Assembly: GCF_009914755.1 (NCBI RefSeq)
Contig: NC_060935.1
DNA from: the human T2T-CHM13v2.0 reference genome, Homo sapiens
Length of the DNA: 64,000 nt
Strand: one strand, 5' to 3'
Positions 41,623 through 55,647 of this stretch are shown here, piece by piece. How positions within the stretch are numbered: the first letter of the stretch is position 1; each line of letters begins with the position of its first letter. Both the position numbers and the translations under genes were made by a program. The notes under the pieces are model-generated. The model did no database searches, was not told the origin of the DNA, and saw only the letters and a list, made by a program, of their open reading frames with translations.

Positions 41623-44600
41623 CCTCTTTTTCTAGAATCTGCAAGTGGACATTTGGAGGGCTTTGAGGCCTGTGGTGGAAAAGGAAAATCTTCACATAAA
41701 AACTAGATGGAAGCATTCTCAGAAACTACTTTGTGATGATTGCATTCGACTCACAGAGTTGAACATTCCTATAGATAGAGCAGGTTGTAAACAATCTTTT
41801 TGTAGAATCTGCGATTGGAGATTTGGACTGCTTTGAGGCCTACTGTAGTAGAGGAAATAACTTCATCTAAAAACCAAACGGAAGCATTCACAGACAATTC
41901 TTAGTGATCATTGCATTGAACTAACAGAGCTGAACATTCCTTTAGATGGCGCAGTTTCCAAACACACTTTCTGTAGAATCTGCAAGTGGATATTTGGACC
42001 TCTCTGAGGATTTCGTTAGAAACGGGATAAACTTCCCAGAACTACACGGAAGCATGCTGAGAAACTTCTTTGTGATGTTTGCATTCAACTCACAGAGTTG
42101 AACCTTGCTTTCATAGTTCAGCTTTCAAACACTCTTTTTGTAGAATCTGCAAGTGGATATTTGGACCACTTTGTGGCCTTCCTTCGAAACGGGTATATCT
42201 TCACATCAAACCTAGAAAGAAGCATTCTCAGAATGTTTCCTGTGATGACTGCATTCAACTCATAGAGGTGAACAATCCTGCTGATGGAGCAATTTTGAAT
42301 CTCTCTTTCTTTGGATTCTGCAAGTGGATATGTGGACCTCTGTGAAGATTTCGTTGGAAACGGGTTCATCTTCACAGAAAAACTAAACAGAAGCATTCTC
42401 AGAAACTGCTTTGTGATGTTTGTGTTCCACTTCAGGAATTGAACTTTCCTCTTGACAGAGCAGCTCTGAAACCCTCTTATTCTAGAATCTGCAAGTGGAC
42501 ATTTGGAGGGCTTTGAGGCCTGTGGTGGAAAAGGAAAATCTTCACATAAAAACTAGATGGAAGCATTCTCAGAAACTACTTTGTGATGATTGCATTCGAC
42601 TCACAGAGTTGAACATTCCTATAGATAGAGCAGGTTGTAAACAATCTTTTTGTAGAATCTGCGATTGGAGATTTGGACTGCTTTGAGTCCTACTGTAGTA
42701 AAGGAAATAACTTCATCTAAAAACCAAACGGAAGCATTCACAGACAATTCTTAGTGATCATTGCATTGAACTAACAGAGCTGAACATTCCTTTAGATGGA
42801 GCAGTTTCCAAACACACTTTCTGTAGAACCTGCAAGTGGATATTTGGACCTCTCTGAGGATTTCGTTGGAAACGGGATAAACTTCCCAGAACTACACGGA
42901 AGCATTGTGAGAAACTTCTTTGTGATGTTTGCATTCAACTCACAGAGTTGAACCTTGCTTTCATAGTTCAGCTTTCAAACACTCTTTTTGTAGAATCTGC
43001 AAGTGGATATTTGGACCACTTTGTGGCCTTCCTTCGAAACGGGTATATCTTCACATCAAACCTAGACAGAAGCATTCTCAGAATGTTTCCTGTGATGACT
43101 GCATTCAACTCACAGAGGTGAACAATCCTGCTGATGGAGCAGTTTTGAAACTCTCTTTCTTTGGATTCTGCAAGTGGATATGTGGACCTCTGTGAAGATT
43201 TCGTTGGAAACGGGTTCATCTTCACAGAAAAACTAAACAGAAACATTCTCACAAACTGCTTTGTGATGTTTGTGTTCCACTTCAGGAATTGAACTTTCCT
43301 CTTGACAGAGCAGCTCTGAAACCCTCTTATTCTAGAATCTGCAAGTGGACATTTGGAGGGCTTTGAGGCCTGTGGTGGAAAAGGAAAATCTTCACATAAA
43401 AACTAGATGGAAGCATTCTCAGAAACTACTTTGTGATGATTGCATTCGACTCACAGATTTGAACATTCCTATAGATAGAGCAGGTTGTAAACAATCTTTT
43501 TGTAGAATCTGCGATTGGAGATTTGGACTGCTTTGAGGCCTACTGTAGTAAAGGAAATAACTTCATCTAAAAACCAAACGGAAGCATTCACAGACAATTC
43601 TTAGTGATCATTGGATTGAACTAACAGAGCTGAACATTCCTTTAGATGGCGCAGTTTCCAAACACACTTTCTGTAGAATCTGCAAGTGGATATTTGGACT
43701 TCTCTGAGGATTTCGTTGGAAACGGGATAAACTTCCCAGAACTACACGGAAGCATTGTGAGAAACTTCTTTGTGATGTTTGCATTCAACTCACAGAGTTG
43801 AAACTTGCTTTCATAGTTCAGCTTTCAAACACTCTTTTTGTAGAATCTGCAAGTGGATATTTGGACCACTTTTTGGGCTTCCTTCGAAACGGGTATATCT
43901 TCACATCAAACCTAGACAGAAACATTCTCAGAATGTTTCCTGTGATGACTGCATTCAACTCACAGAGGTGAACAATCCTGCTGATGGAGCAGTTTTGAAA
44001 CTCTCTTTCTTTGGATTCTGCAAGTGGATATGTGGACCTCTGTGAAGATTTAGTTGGAAACGTGTTCATCTTCACAGAAAAACTAAACAGGAGCATTCTC
44101 AGAAACTGCTTTGTGATGTTTGTGTTCCACTTCAAGAATTGAACTTTCCTCTTGACAGAGCAGCTCTGAAACCCTATTTTTCTAGAATATGCAAGTGGAC
44201 ATTTGGAGGGCTTTGAGGCCTGTGGTGGAAAAGGAAAATCTTCACATAAAAACTAGATGGAAGCATTCTCAGAAACTACTTTGTGATGATTGCATTCGAC
44301 GCACAGAGTTGAACATTCCTATAGATAGAGCAGGTTGTAAACAATCTTTTTGTAGAATCTGCGATTGGAGATTTGGACTGCTATGAGGCCTACTGTAGTA
44401 AAGGAAATAACTTCATCTAAAAACCAAACGGAAGCATTCACAGACAATTCTTAGTGATCATTGCATTGAACTAACAGAGCTGAACATTCCTTTAGATGGA
44501 GCAGTTTCCAAACCCACTTTCTGTAGAATCTGCAAGTGGATATTTGGACTTCTCTGAGGATTTCGTTGGAAACGGGATAAAATTCCCAGAACTACACGGA

Positions 44601-47600
44601 AGCATTCTGAGAAACTTCTTTGTAATGTTTGCATTCAACTCACAGAGTTGAACCTTGCTTTCATAGTTCAGCTTTCAAACACTCTTTTTGTACAATCTGC
44701 AAGTGGATATTTGGACCACTTTGTGGCCTTCCTTCGAAACGGGTATATCTTCATATCAAACCTAGACAGAAGCATTCTCAGAATGTTTCCTGTGATGACT
44801 GCATTCAACTCACAGAGGTGAACAATCCTGCTGATGGAGCAGTTTTGAAACTCTCTTTCTTTGGATTCTGCAAGTGGATATGTGGACCTCTGTGAAGATT
44901 TCGTTGGAAACGGGTTCATCTTCACAGAAAAACTAAACAGGAGCATTCTCAGAAACTGCTTTGTGATGTTTGTGTTCCACTTCAGGAATTGAACTTTCCT
45001 CTTGACAGAGCAGCTCTGAAACCCTCTTTTTCTAGAATCTGCAAGTGGACATTTGGAGGGCTTTGAGGCCTGTGGTGGAAAAGGAAAATCTTCACATAAA
45101 AACTAGATGGAAGCATTCTCAGAAACTACTTTGTGATGATTGCATTCGACTCACAGAGTTGAACATTCCTATAGATAGAGCAGGTTGTAAACAATCTTTT
45201 TGTAGAATCTGCGATTGGAGATTTGGACTGCTTTGAGGCCTACTGTAGTAGAGGAAATAACTTCATCTAAAAACCAAACGGAAGCATTCACAGACAATTC
45301 TTAGTGATCATTGCATTGAACTAACAGAGCTGAACATTCCTTTAGATGGCGCAGTTTCCAAACACACTTTCTGTAGAATCTGCAAGTGGATATTTGGACC
45401 TCTCTGAGGATTTCGTTAGAAACGGGATAAACTTCCCAGAACTACACGGAAGCATGCTGAGAAACTTCTTTGTGATGTTTGCATTCAACTCACAGAGTTG
45501 AACCTTGCTTTCATAGTTCAGCTTTCAAACACTCTTTTTGTAGAATCTGCAAGTGGATATTTGGACCACTTTGTGGCCTTCCTTCGAAACGGGTATATCT
45601 TCACATCAAACCTAGAAAGAAGCATTCTCAGAATGTTTCCTGTGATGACTGCATTCAACTCATAGAGGTGAACAATCCTGCTGATGGAGCAATTTTGAAT
45701 CTCTCTTTCTTTGGATTCTGCAAGTGGATATGTGGACCTCTGTGAAGATTTCGTTGGAAACGGGTTCATCTTCACAGAAAAACTAAACAGAAGCATTCTC
45801 AGAAACTGCTTTGTGATGTTTGTGTTCCACTTCAGGAATTGAACTTTCCTCTTGACAGAGCAGCTCTGAAACCCTCTTATTCTAGAATCTGCAAGTGGAC
45901 ATTTGGAGGGCTTTGAGGCCTGTGGTGGAAAAGGAAAATCTTCACATAAAAACTAGATGGAAGCATTCTCAGAAACTACTTTGTGATGATTGCATTCGAC
46001 TCACAGAGTTGAACATTCCTATAGATAGAGCAGGTTGTAAACAATCTTTTTGTAGAATCTGCGATTGGAGATTTGGACTGCTTTGAGTCCTACTGTAGTA
46101 AAGGAAATAACTTCATCTAAAAACCAAACGGAAGCATTCACAGACAATTCTTAGTGATCATTGCATTGAACTAACAGAGCTGAACATTCCTTTAGATGGA
46201 GCAGTTTCCAAACACACTTTCTGTAGAACCTGCAAGTGGATATTTGGACCTCTCTGAGGATTTCGTTGGAAACGGGATAAACTTCCCAGAACTACACGGA
46301 AGCATTGTGAGAAACTTCTTTGTGATGTTTGCATTCAACTCACAGAGTTGAACCTTGCTTTCATAGTTCAGCTTTCAAACACTCTTTTTGTAGAATCTGC
46401 AAGTGGATATTTGGACCACTTTGTGGCCTTCCTTCGAAACGGGTATATCTTCACATCAAACCTAGACAGAAGCATTCTCAGAATGTTTCCTGTGATGACT
46501 GCATTCAACTCACAGAGGTGAACAATCCTGCTGATGGAGCAGTTTTGAAACTCTCTTTCTTTGGATTCTGCAAGTGGATATGTGGACCTCTGTGAAGATT
46601 TCGTTGGAAACGGGTTCATCTTCACAGAAAAACTAAACAGAAACATTCTCACAAACTGCTTTGTGATGTTTGTGTTCCACTTCAGGAATTGAACTTTCCT
46701 CTTGACAGAGCAGCTCTGAAACCCTCTTATTCTAGAATCTGCAAGTGGACATTTGGAGGGCTTTGAGGCCTGTGGTGGAAAAGGAAAATCTTCACATAAA
46801 AACTAGATGGAAGCATTCTCAGAAACTACTTTGTGATGATTGCATTCGACTCACAGATTTGAACATTCCTATAGATAGAGCAGGTTGTAAACAATCTTTT
46901 TGTAGAATCTGCGATTGGAGATTTGGACTGCTTTGAGGCCTACTGTAGTAAAGGAAATAACTTCATCTAAAAACCAAACGGAAGCATTCACAGACAATTC
47001 TTAGTGATCATTGGATTGAACTAACAGAGCTGAACATTCCTTTAGATGGCGCAGTTTCCAAACACACTTTCTGTAGAATCTGCAAGTGGATATTTGGACT
47101 TCTCTGAGGATTTCGTTGGAAACGGGATAAACTTCCCAGAACTACACGGAAGCATTGTGAGAAACTTCTTTGTGATGTTTGCATTCAACTCACAGAGTTG
47201 AAACTTGCTTTCATAGTTCAGCTTTCAAACACTCTTTTTGTAGAATCTGCAAGTGGATATTTGGACCACTTTTTGGGCTTCCTTCGAAACGGGTATATCT
47301 TCACATCAAACCTAGACAGAAACATTCTCAGAATGTTTCCTGTGATGACTGCATTCAACTCACAGAGGTGAACAATCCTGCTGATGGAGCAGTTTTGAAA
47401 CTCTCTTTCTTTGGATTCTGCAAGTGGATATGTGGACCTCTGTGAAGATTTAGTTGGAAACGTGTTCATCTTCACAGAAAAACTAAACAGGAGCATTCTC
47501 AGAAACTGCTTTGTGATGTTTGTGTTCCACTTCAAGAATTGAACTTTCCTCTTGACAGAGCAGCTCTGAAACCCTATTTTTCTAGAATATGCAAGTGGAC

Positions 47601-48749
47601 ATTTGGAGGGCTTTGAGGCCTGTGGTGGAAAAGGAAAATCTTCACATAAAAACTAGATGGAAGCATTCTCAGAAACTACTTTGTGATGATTGCATTCGAC
47701 GCACAGAGTTGAACATTCCTATAGATAGAGCAGGTTGTAAACAATCTTTTTGTAGAATCTGCGATTGGAGATTTGGACTGCTATGAGGCCTACTGTAGTA
47801 AAGGAAATAACTTCATCTAAAAACCAAACGGAAGCATTCACAGACAATTCTTAGTGATCATTGCATTGAACTAACAGAGCTGAACATTCCTTTAGATGGA
47901 GCAGTTTCCAAACCCACTTTCTGTAGAATCTGCAAGTGGATATTTGGACTTCTCTGAGGATTTCGTTGGAAACGGGATAAAATTCCCAGAACTACACGGA
48001 AGCATTCTGAGAAACTTCTTTGTAATGTTTGCATTCAACTCACAGAGTTGAACCTTGCTTTCATAGTTCAGCTTTCAAACACTCTTTTTGTACAATCTGC
48101 AAGTGGATATTTGGACCACTTTGTGGCCTTCCTTCGAAACGGGTATATCTTCATATCAAACCTAGACAGAAGCATTCTCAGAATGTTTCCTGTGATGACT
48201 GCATTCAACTCACAGAGGTGAACAATCCTGCTGATGGAGCAGTTTTGAAACTCTCTTTCTTTGGATTCTGCAAGTGGATATGTGGACCTCTGTGAAGATT
48301 TCGTTGGAAACGGGTTCATCTTCACAGAAAAACTAAACAGGAGCATTCTCAGAAACTGCTTTGTGATGTTTGTGTTCCACTTCAGGAATTGAACTTTCCT
48401 CTTGACAGAGCAGCTCTGAAACCCTCTTTTTCTAGAATCTGCAAGTGGACATTTGGAGGGCTTTGAGGCCTGTGGTGGAAAAGGAAAATCTTCACATAAA
48501 AACTAGATGGAAGCATTCTCAGAAACTACTTTGTGATGATTGCATTCGACTCACAGAGTTGAACATTCCTATAGATAGAGCAGGTTGTAAACAATCTTTT
48601 TGTAGAATCTGCGATTGGAGATTTGGACTGCTTTGAGGCCTACTGTAGTAGAGGAAATAACTTCATCTAAAAACCAAACGGAAGCATTCACAGACAATTC
48701 TTAGTGATCATTGCATTGAACTAACAGAGCTGAACATTCCTTTAGATGG
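41623..48749 (+). repeat. Nested 4-HOR tandem duplication (period 3400 bp)
   Basis: Markers CCTAGAAAG, CATAGAGG, CAGATTTG, TTTTGGGC, TTAGTTGG and GAATATGC recur at +3400. Flanking mismatches are at 41622/45022 and 45350/48750. Confidence 0.9.
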
Positions 48750-51700
48750 AGCAGTTTCCAAACACACTTTCTGTAGAATCTGCAAGTGGATATTTGGACT
48801 TCTCTGAGGATTTCGTTAGAAACGGGATAAACTTCCCAGAACTACACGGAAGCATTCTGAGAAACTTCTTTGTGATGTTTGCATTCAACTCACAGAGTTG
48901 AACCTTGCTTTCATAGTTCAGCTTTCAAACACTCTTTTTGTAGAATCTGCAAGTGGATATTTGGACCACTTTGTGGCCTTCCTTCGAAACGGGTATATCT
49001 TCACATCAAACCTAGACAGAAGCATTCTCAGAATGTTTCCTGTAATGACTGCATTCAACTCACAGAGGTGAACAATCCTGTTGATGGAGCAGTTTTGAAA
49101 CTCTCTTTCTTTGGATTCTGCAAGTTGATATGTGGACCTCTGTGAAGATTTCGTTGGAAACGGGTTCATCTTCACAGAAAAACTAAACAGAATCATTCTC
49201 AGAAACTGCTTTGTGATGTTTGTGTTCCACTTCAAGAATTGAACTTTCCTCTTGACAGAGCAGCTCTGAAACCCTCTTTTTCTAGAATCTGCAAGTGGAC
49301 ATTTGGAGGGCTTTGAGGTCTGTGGTGGAAAAGGAAAATCTTCACATAAAAACTAGATGGAAGCATTCTCAGAAACTACTTTGTGATGATTGCATTCGAC
49401 TCACAGAGTTGAACATTCCTATAGATAGAGCAGGTTGTAAACAATCTTTTTGTAGAATCTGCGATTGGAGATTTGGACTGCTTTGAGGCCTACTGTAGTA
49501 AAGGAAATAACTTCATCTAAAAACCAAACGGAAGCATTCACAGACAATTCTTAGTGATCATTGCATTGAACTAACAGAGCTGAACATTCCTTTAGATGGA
49601 GCAGTTTCCAAACACACTTTCTGTAGAATCTGCAAGTGGATATTTGGACTTCTCTGAGGATTTCGTTGGAAACGGGATAAACTTCCCAGAACTACACGGA
49701 AGCATTGTGAGAAACTTCTTTGTGATGTTTGCATTCAACTCACAGAGTTGAACCTTGCTTTCATAGTTCAGCTTTCAAACACTCTTTTTGTAGAATCTGC
49801 AAGTGCATATTTGGACCACTTTGTGTCCTTCCTTCGAAACGGGTATATCTTCACATCAAACCTAGACAGAAGCATTCTCAGAATGTTTCCTGTGAAGACT
49901 GCATTCAACTCACAGAGGTGAACAATCCTGCTGATGGAGCAGTTTTGAAACTCTCTTTCTTTGGATTCTGCAAGTGGATATGTGGACCTCTGTGAAGATT
50001 TCGTTGGAAACGGGTTCATCTTCACAGAAAAACTAAACAGGAGCATTCTCAGAAACTGCTTTGTGATGTTTGTGTTCCACTTCAGGAATTGAACTTTCCT
50101 CTTGACAGAGCAGCTCTGAAACCCTCTTTTTCTAGAATCTGCAAGTGGACATTTGGAGGGCTTTGAGGCCTGTGGTGGAAAAGGAAAATCTTCACATAAA
50201 AACTAGATGGAAGCATTCTCAGAAACTACTTTGTGATGATTGCATTCGACTCACAGAGTTGAACATTCCTATAGATAGAGCAGGTTGTAAACAATCTTTT
50301 TGTAGAATCTGCGATTGGAGATTTGGACTGCTTTGAGGCCTACTGTAGTAGAGGAAATAACTTCATCTAAAAACCAAACGGAAGCATTCACAGACAATTC
50401 TTAGTGATCATTGCATTGAACTAACAGAGCTGAACATTCCTTTAGATGGCGCAGTTTCCAAACACACTTTCTGTAGAATCTGCAAGTGGATATTTGGACC
50501 TCTCTGAGGATTTCGTTAGAAACGGGATAAACTTCCCAGAACTACACGGAAGCATGCTGAGAAACTTCTTTGTGATGTTTGCATTCAACTCACAGAGTTG
50601 AACCTTGCTTTCATAGTTCAGCTTTCAAACACTCTTTTTGTAGAATCTGCAAGTGGATATTTGGACCACTTTGTGGCCTTCCTTCGAAACGGGTATATCT
50701 TCACATCAAACCTAGAAAGAAGCATTCTCAGAATGTTTCCTGTGATGACTGCATTCAACTCATAGAGGTGAACAATCCTGCTGATGGAGCAATTTTGAAT
50801 CTCTCTTTCTTTGGATTCTGCAAGTGGATATGTGGACCTCTGTGAAGATTTCGTTGGAAACGGGTTCATCTTCACAGAAAAACTAAACAGAAGCATTCTC
50901 AGAAACTGCTTTGTGATGTTTGTGTTCCACTTCAGGAATTGAACTTTCCTCTTGACAGAGCAGCTCTGAAACCCTCTTATTCTAGAATCTGCAAGTGGAC
51001 ATTTGGAGGGCTTTGAGGCCTGTGGTGGAAAAGGAAAATCTTCACATAAAAACTAGATGGAAGCATTCTCAGAAACTACTTTGTGATGATTGCATTCGAC
51101 TCACAGAGTTGAACATTCCTAGAGATAGAGCAGGTTGTAAACAATCTTTTTGTAGAATCTGCGATTGGAGATTTGGACTGCTTTGAGTCCTACTGTAGTA
51201 AAGGAAATAACTTCATCTAAAAACCAAACGGAAGCATTCACAGACAATTCTTAGTGATCATTGCATTGAACTAACAGAGCTGAACATTCCTTTAGATGGA
51301 GCAGTTTCCAAACACACTTTCTGTAGAACCTGCAAGTGGATATTTGGACCTCTCTGAGGATTTCGTTGGAAACGGGATAAACTTCCCAGAACTACACGGA
51401 AGCATTGTGAGAAACTTCTTTGTGATGTTTGCATTCAACTCACAGAGTTGAACCTTGCTTTCATAGTTCAGCTTTCAAACACTCTTTTTGTAGAATCTGC
51501 AAGTGGATATTTGGACCACTTTGTGGCCTTCCTTCGAAACGGGTATATCTTCACATCAAACCTAGACAGAAGCATTCTCAGAATGTTTCCTGTGATGACT
51601 GCATTCAACTCACAGAGGTGAACAATCCTGCTGATGGAGCAGTTTTGAAACTCTCTTTCTTTGGATTCTGCAAGTGGATATGTGGACCTCTGTGAAGATT

Positions 51701-54700
51701 TCGTTGGAAACGGGTTCATCTTCACAGAAAAACTAAACAGAAACATTCTCACAAACTGCTTTGTGATGTTTGTGTTCCACTTCAGGAATTGAACTTTCCT
51801 CTTGACAGAGCAGCTCTGAAACCCTCTTATTCTAGAATCTGCAAGTGGACATTTGGAGGGCTTTGAGGCCTGTGGTGGAAAAGGAAAATCTTCACATAAA
51901 AACTAGATGGAAGCATTCTCAGAAACTACTTTGTGATGATTGCATTCGACTCACAGATTTGAACATTCCTATAGATAGAGCAGGTTGTAAACAATCTTTT
52001 TGTAGAATCTGCGATTGGAGATTTGGACTGCTTTGAGGCCTACTGTAGTAAAGGAAATAACTTCATCTAAAAACCAAACGGAAGCATTCACAGACAATTC
52101 TTAGTGATCATTGGATTGAACTAACAGAGCTGAACATTCCTTTAGATGGCGCAGTTTCCAAACACACTTTCTGTAGAATCTGCAAGTGGATATTTGGACT
52201 TCTCTGAGGATTTCGTTGGAAACGGGATAAACTTCCCAGAACTACACGGAAGCATTGTGAGAAACTTCTTTGTGATGTTTGCATTCAACTCACAGAGTTG
52301 AAACTTGCTTTCATAGTTCAGCTTTCAAACACTCTTTTTGTAGAATCTGCAAGTGGATATTTGGACCACTTTTTGGGCTTCCTTCGAAACGGGTATATCT
52401 TCACATCAAACCTAGACAGAAACATTCTCAGAATGTTTCCTGTGATGACTGCATTCAACTCACAGAGGTGAACAATCCTGCTGATGGAGCAGTTTTGAAA
52501 CTCTCTTTCTTTGGATTCTGCAAGTGGATATGTGGACCTCTGTGAAGATTTAGTTGGAAACGTGTTCATCTTCACAGAAAAACTAAACAGGAGCATTCTC
52601 AGAAACTGCTTTGTGATGTTTGTGTTCCACTTCAAGAATTGAACTTTCCTCTTGACAGAGCAGCTCTGAAACCCTATTTTTCTAGAATATGCAAGTGGAC
52701 ATTTGGAGGGCTTTGAGGCCTGTGGTGGAAAAGGAAAATCTTCACATAAAAACTAGATGGAAGCATTCTCAGAAACTACTTTGTGATGATTGCATTCGAC
52801 GCACAGAGTTGAACATTCCTATAGATAGAGCAGGTTGTAAACAATCTTTTTGTAGAATCTGCGATTGGAGATTTGGACTGCTATGAGGCCTACTGTAGTA
52901 AAGGAAATAACTTCATCTAAAAACCAAACGGAAGCATTCACAGACAATTCTTAGTGATCATTGCATTGAACTAACAGAGCTGAACATTCCTTTAGATGGA
53001 GCAGTTTCCAAACCCACTTTCTGTAGAATCTGCAAGTGGATATTTGGACTTCTCTGAGGATTTCGTTGGAAACGGGATAAAATTCCCAGAACTACACGGA
53101 AGCATTCTGAGAAACTTCTTTGTAATGTTTGCATTCAACTCACAGAGTTGAACCTTGCTTTCATAGTTCAGCTTTCAAACACTCTTTTTGTACAATCTGC
53201 AAGTGGATATTTGGACCACTTTGTGGCCTTCCTTCGAAACGGGTATATCTTCATATCAAACCTAGACAGAAGCATTCTCAGAATGTTTCCTGTGATGACT
53301 GCATTCAACTCACAGAGGTGAACAATCCTGCTGATGGAGCAGTTTTGAAACTCTCTTTCTTTGGATTCTGCAAGTGGATATGTGGACCTCTGTGAAGATT
53401 TCGTTGGAAACGGGTTCATCTTCACAGAAAAACTAAACAGGAGCATTCTCAGAAACTGCTTTGTGATGTTTGTGTTCCACTTCAGGAATTGAACTTTCCT
53501 CTTGACAGAGCAGCTCTGAAACCCTCTTTTTCTAGAATCTGCAAGTGGACATTTGGAGGGCTTTGAGGCCTGTGGTGGAAAAGGAAAATCTTCACATAAA
53601 AACTAGATGGAAGCATTCTCAGAAACTACTTTGTGATGATTGCATTCGACTCACAGAGTTGAACATTCCTATAGATAGAGCAGGTTGTAAACAATCTTTT
53701 TGTAGAATCTGCGATTGGAGATTTGGACTGCTTTGAGGCCTACTGTAGTAGAGGAAATAACTTCATCTAAAAACCAAACGGAAGCATTCACAGACAATTC
53801 TTAGTGATCATTGCATTGAACTAACAGAGCTGAACATTCCTTTAGATGGAGCAGTTTCCAAACACACTTTCTGTAGAATCTGCAAGTGGATATTTGGACT
53901 TCTCTGAGGATTTCGTTAGAAACGGGATAAACTTCCCAGAACTACACGGAAGCATTCTGAGAAACTTCTTTGTGATGTTTGCATTCAACTCACAGAGTTG
54001 AACCTTGCTTTCATAGTTCAGCTTTCAAACACTCTTTTTGTAGAATCTGCAAGTGGATATTTGGACCACTTTGTGGCCTTCCTTCGAAACGGGTATATCT
54101 TCACATCAAACCTAGACAGAAGCATTCTCAGAATGTTTCCTGTAATGACTGCATTCAACTCACAGAGGTGAACAATCCTGTTGATGGAGCAGTTTTGAAA
54201 CTCTCTTTCTTTGGATTCTGCAAGTTGATATGTGGACCTCTGTGAAGATTTCGTTGGAAACGGGTTCATCTTCACAGAAAAACTAAACAGAATCATTCTC
54301 AGAAACTGCTTTGTGATGTTTGTGTTCCACTTCAAGAATTGAACTTTCCTCTTGACAGAGCAGCTCTGAAACCCTCTTTTTCTAGAATCTGCAAGTGGAC
54401 ATTTGGAGGGCTTTGAGGTCTGTGGTGGAAAAGGAAAATCTTCACATAAAAACTAGATGGAAGCATTCTCAGAAACTACTTTGTGATGATTGCATTCGAC
54501 TCACAGAGTTGAACATTCCTATAGATAGAGCAGGTTGTAAACAATCTTTTTGTAGAATCTGCGATTGGAGATTTGGACTGCTTTGAGGCCTACTGTAGTA
54601 AAGGAAATAACTTCATCTAAAAACCAAACGGAAGCATTCACAGACAATTCTTAGTGATCATTGCATTGAACTAACAGAGCTGAACATTCCTTTAGATGGA

Positions 54701-55017
54701 GCAGTTTCCAAACACACTTTCTGTAGAATCTGCAAGTGGATATTTGGACTTCTCTGAGGATTTCGTTGGAAACGGGATAAACTTCCCAGAACTACACGGA
54801 AGCATTGTGAGAAACTTCTTTGTGATGTTTGCATTCAACTCACAGAGTTGAACCTTGCTTTCATAGTTCAGCTTTCAAACACTCTTTTTGTAGAATCTGC
54901 AAGTGCATATTTGGACCACTTTGTGTCCTTCCTTCGAAACGGGTATATCTTCACATCAAACCTAGACAGAAGCATTCTCAGAATGTTTCCTGTGAAGACT
55001 GCATTCAACTCACAGAG
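44797..55017 (+). repeat. Nested 6-HOR tandem duplication (period 5100 bp)
   Basis: Markers recur at +5100, including TGTAATGAC and AAGTGCATAT/TGTGTCC. One internal difference was seen (51123). Flanking mismatches are at 44796/49896 and 49918/55018. Confidence 0.9.
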
Positions 55018-55647
55018 ATGAACAATCCTGTTGATGGAGCACTTTGGAAACTCTCTTTCTTGGGATTCTGCAAGTTGATATGTGGACCTCTCTGAAGATT
55101 TCTTTGGAAACGTGTTCATCTTCACAGAAAAACTAAACAGAAGCATTCTCAAAAACTACTTTGTGATGTTTGTGTTCCACTTCAAGAATTGAACTTTCCT
55201 CTTGACAGAGCAGCTCTGAAAACCTCTTTTTCTAGAATCTGCAAGTGGACATTTGGAGGGCTTTGAGGCCTGTGGTGGAAAAGGAAAATCTTCACATAAA
55301 AACTAGATGGAAGCATTCTCAGAAACTACTTTGTGATGATTGCATTCGACTCACAGAGTTGAACATTCCTATAGATAGAGCAGGTTGTAAACAATCTTTT
55401 TGTGGAATCTGCGATTGGAGATTTGGACTGCTTTGAGGCCTACTGTAGTAGAGGAAATAACTTCATCTAAAAACCAAACGGAAGCATTCACAGACAATTC
55501 TTAGTGATCATTGCATTGAACTAACAGAGCTGAACATTCCTTTAGATGGCGCAGTTTCCAAACACACTTTCTGTAGAATCTGCAAGTGGATATTTGGACC
55601 TCTCTGAGGATTTCGTTAGAAACGGGATAAACTTCCCAGAACTACAC

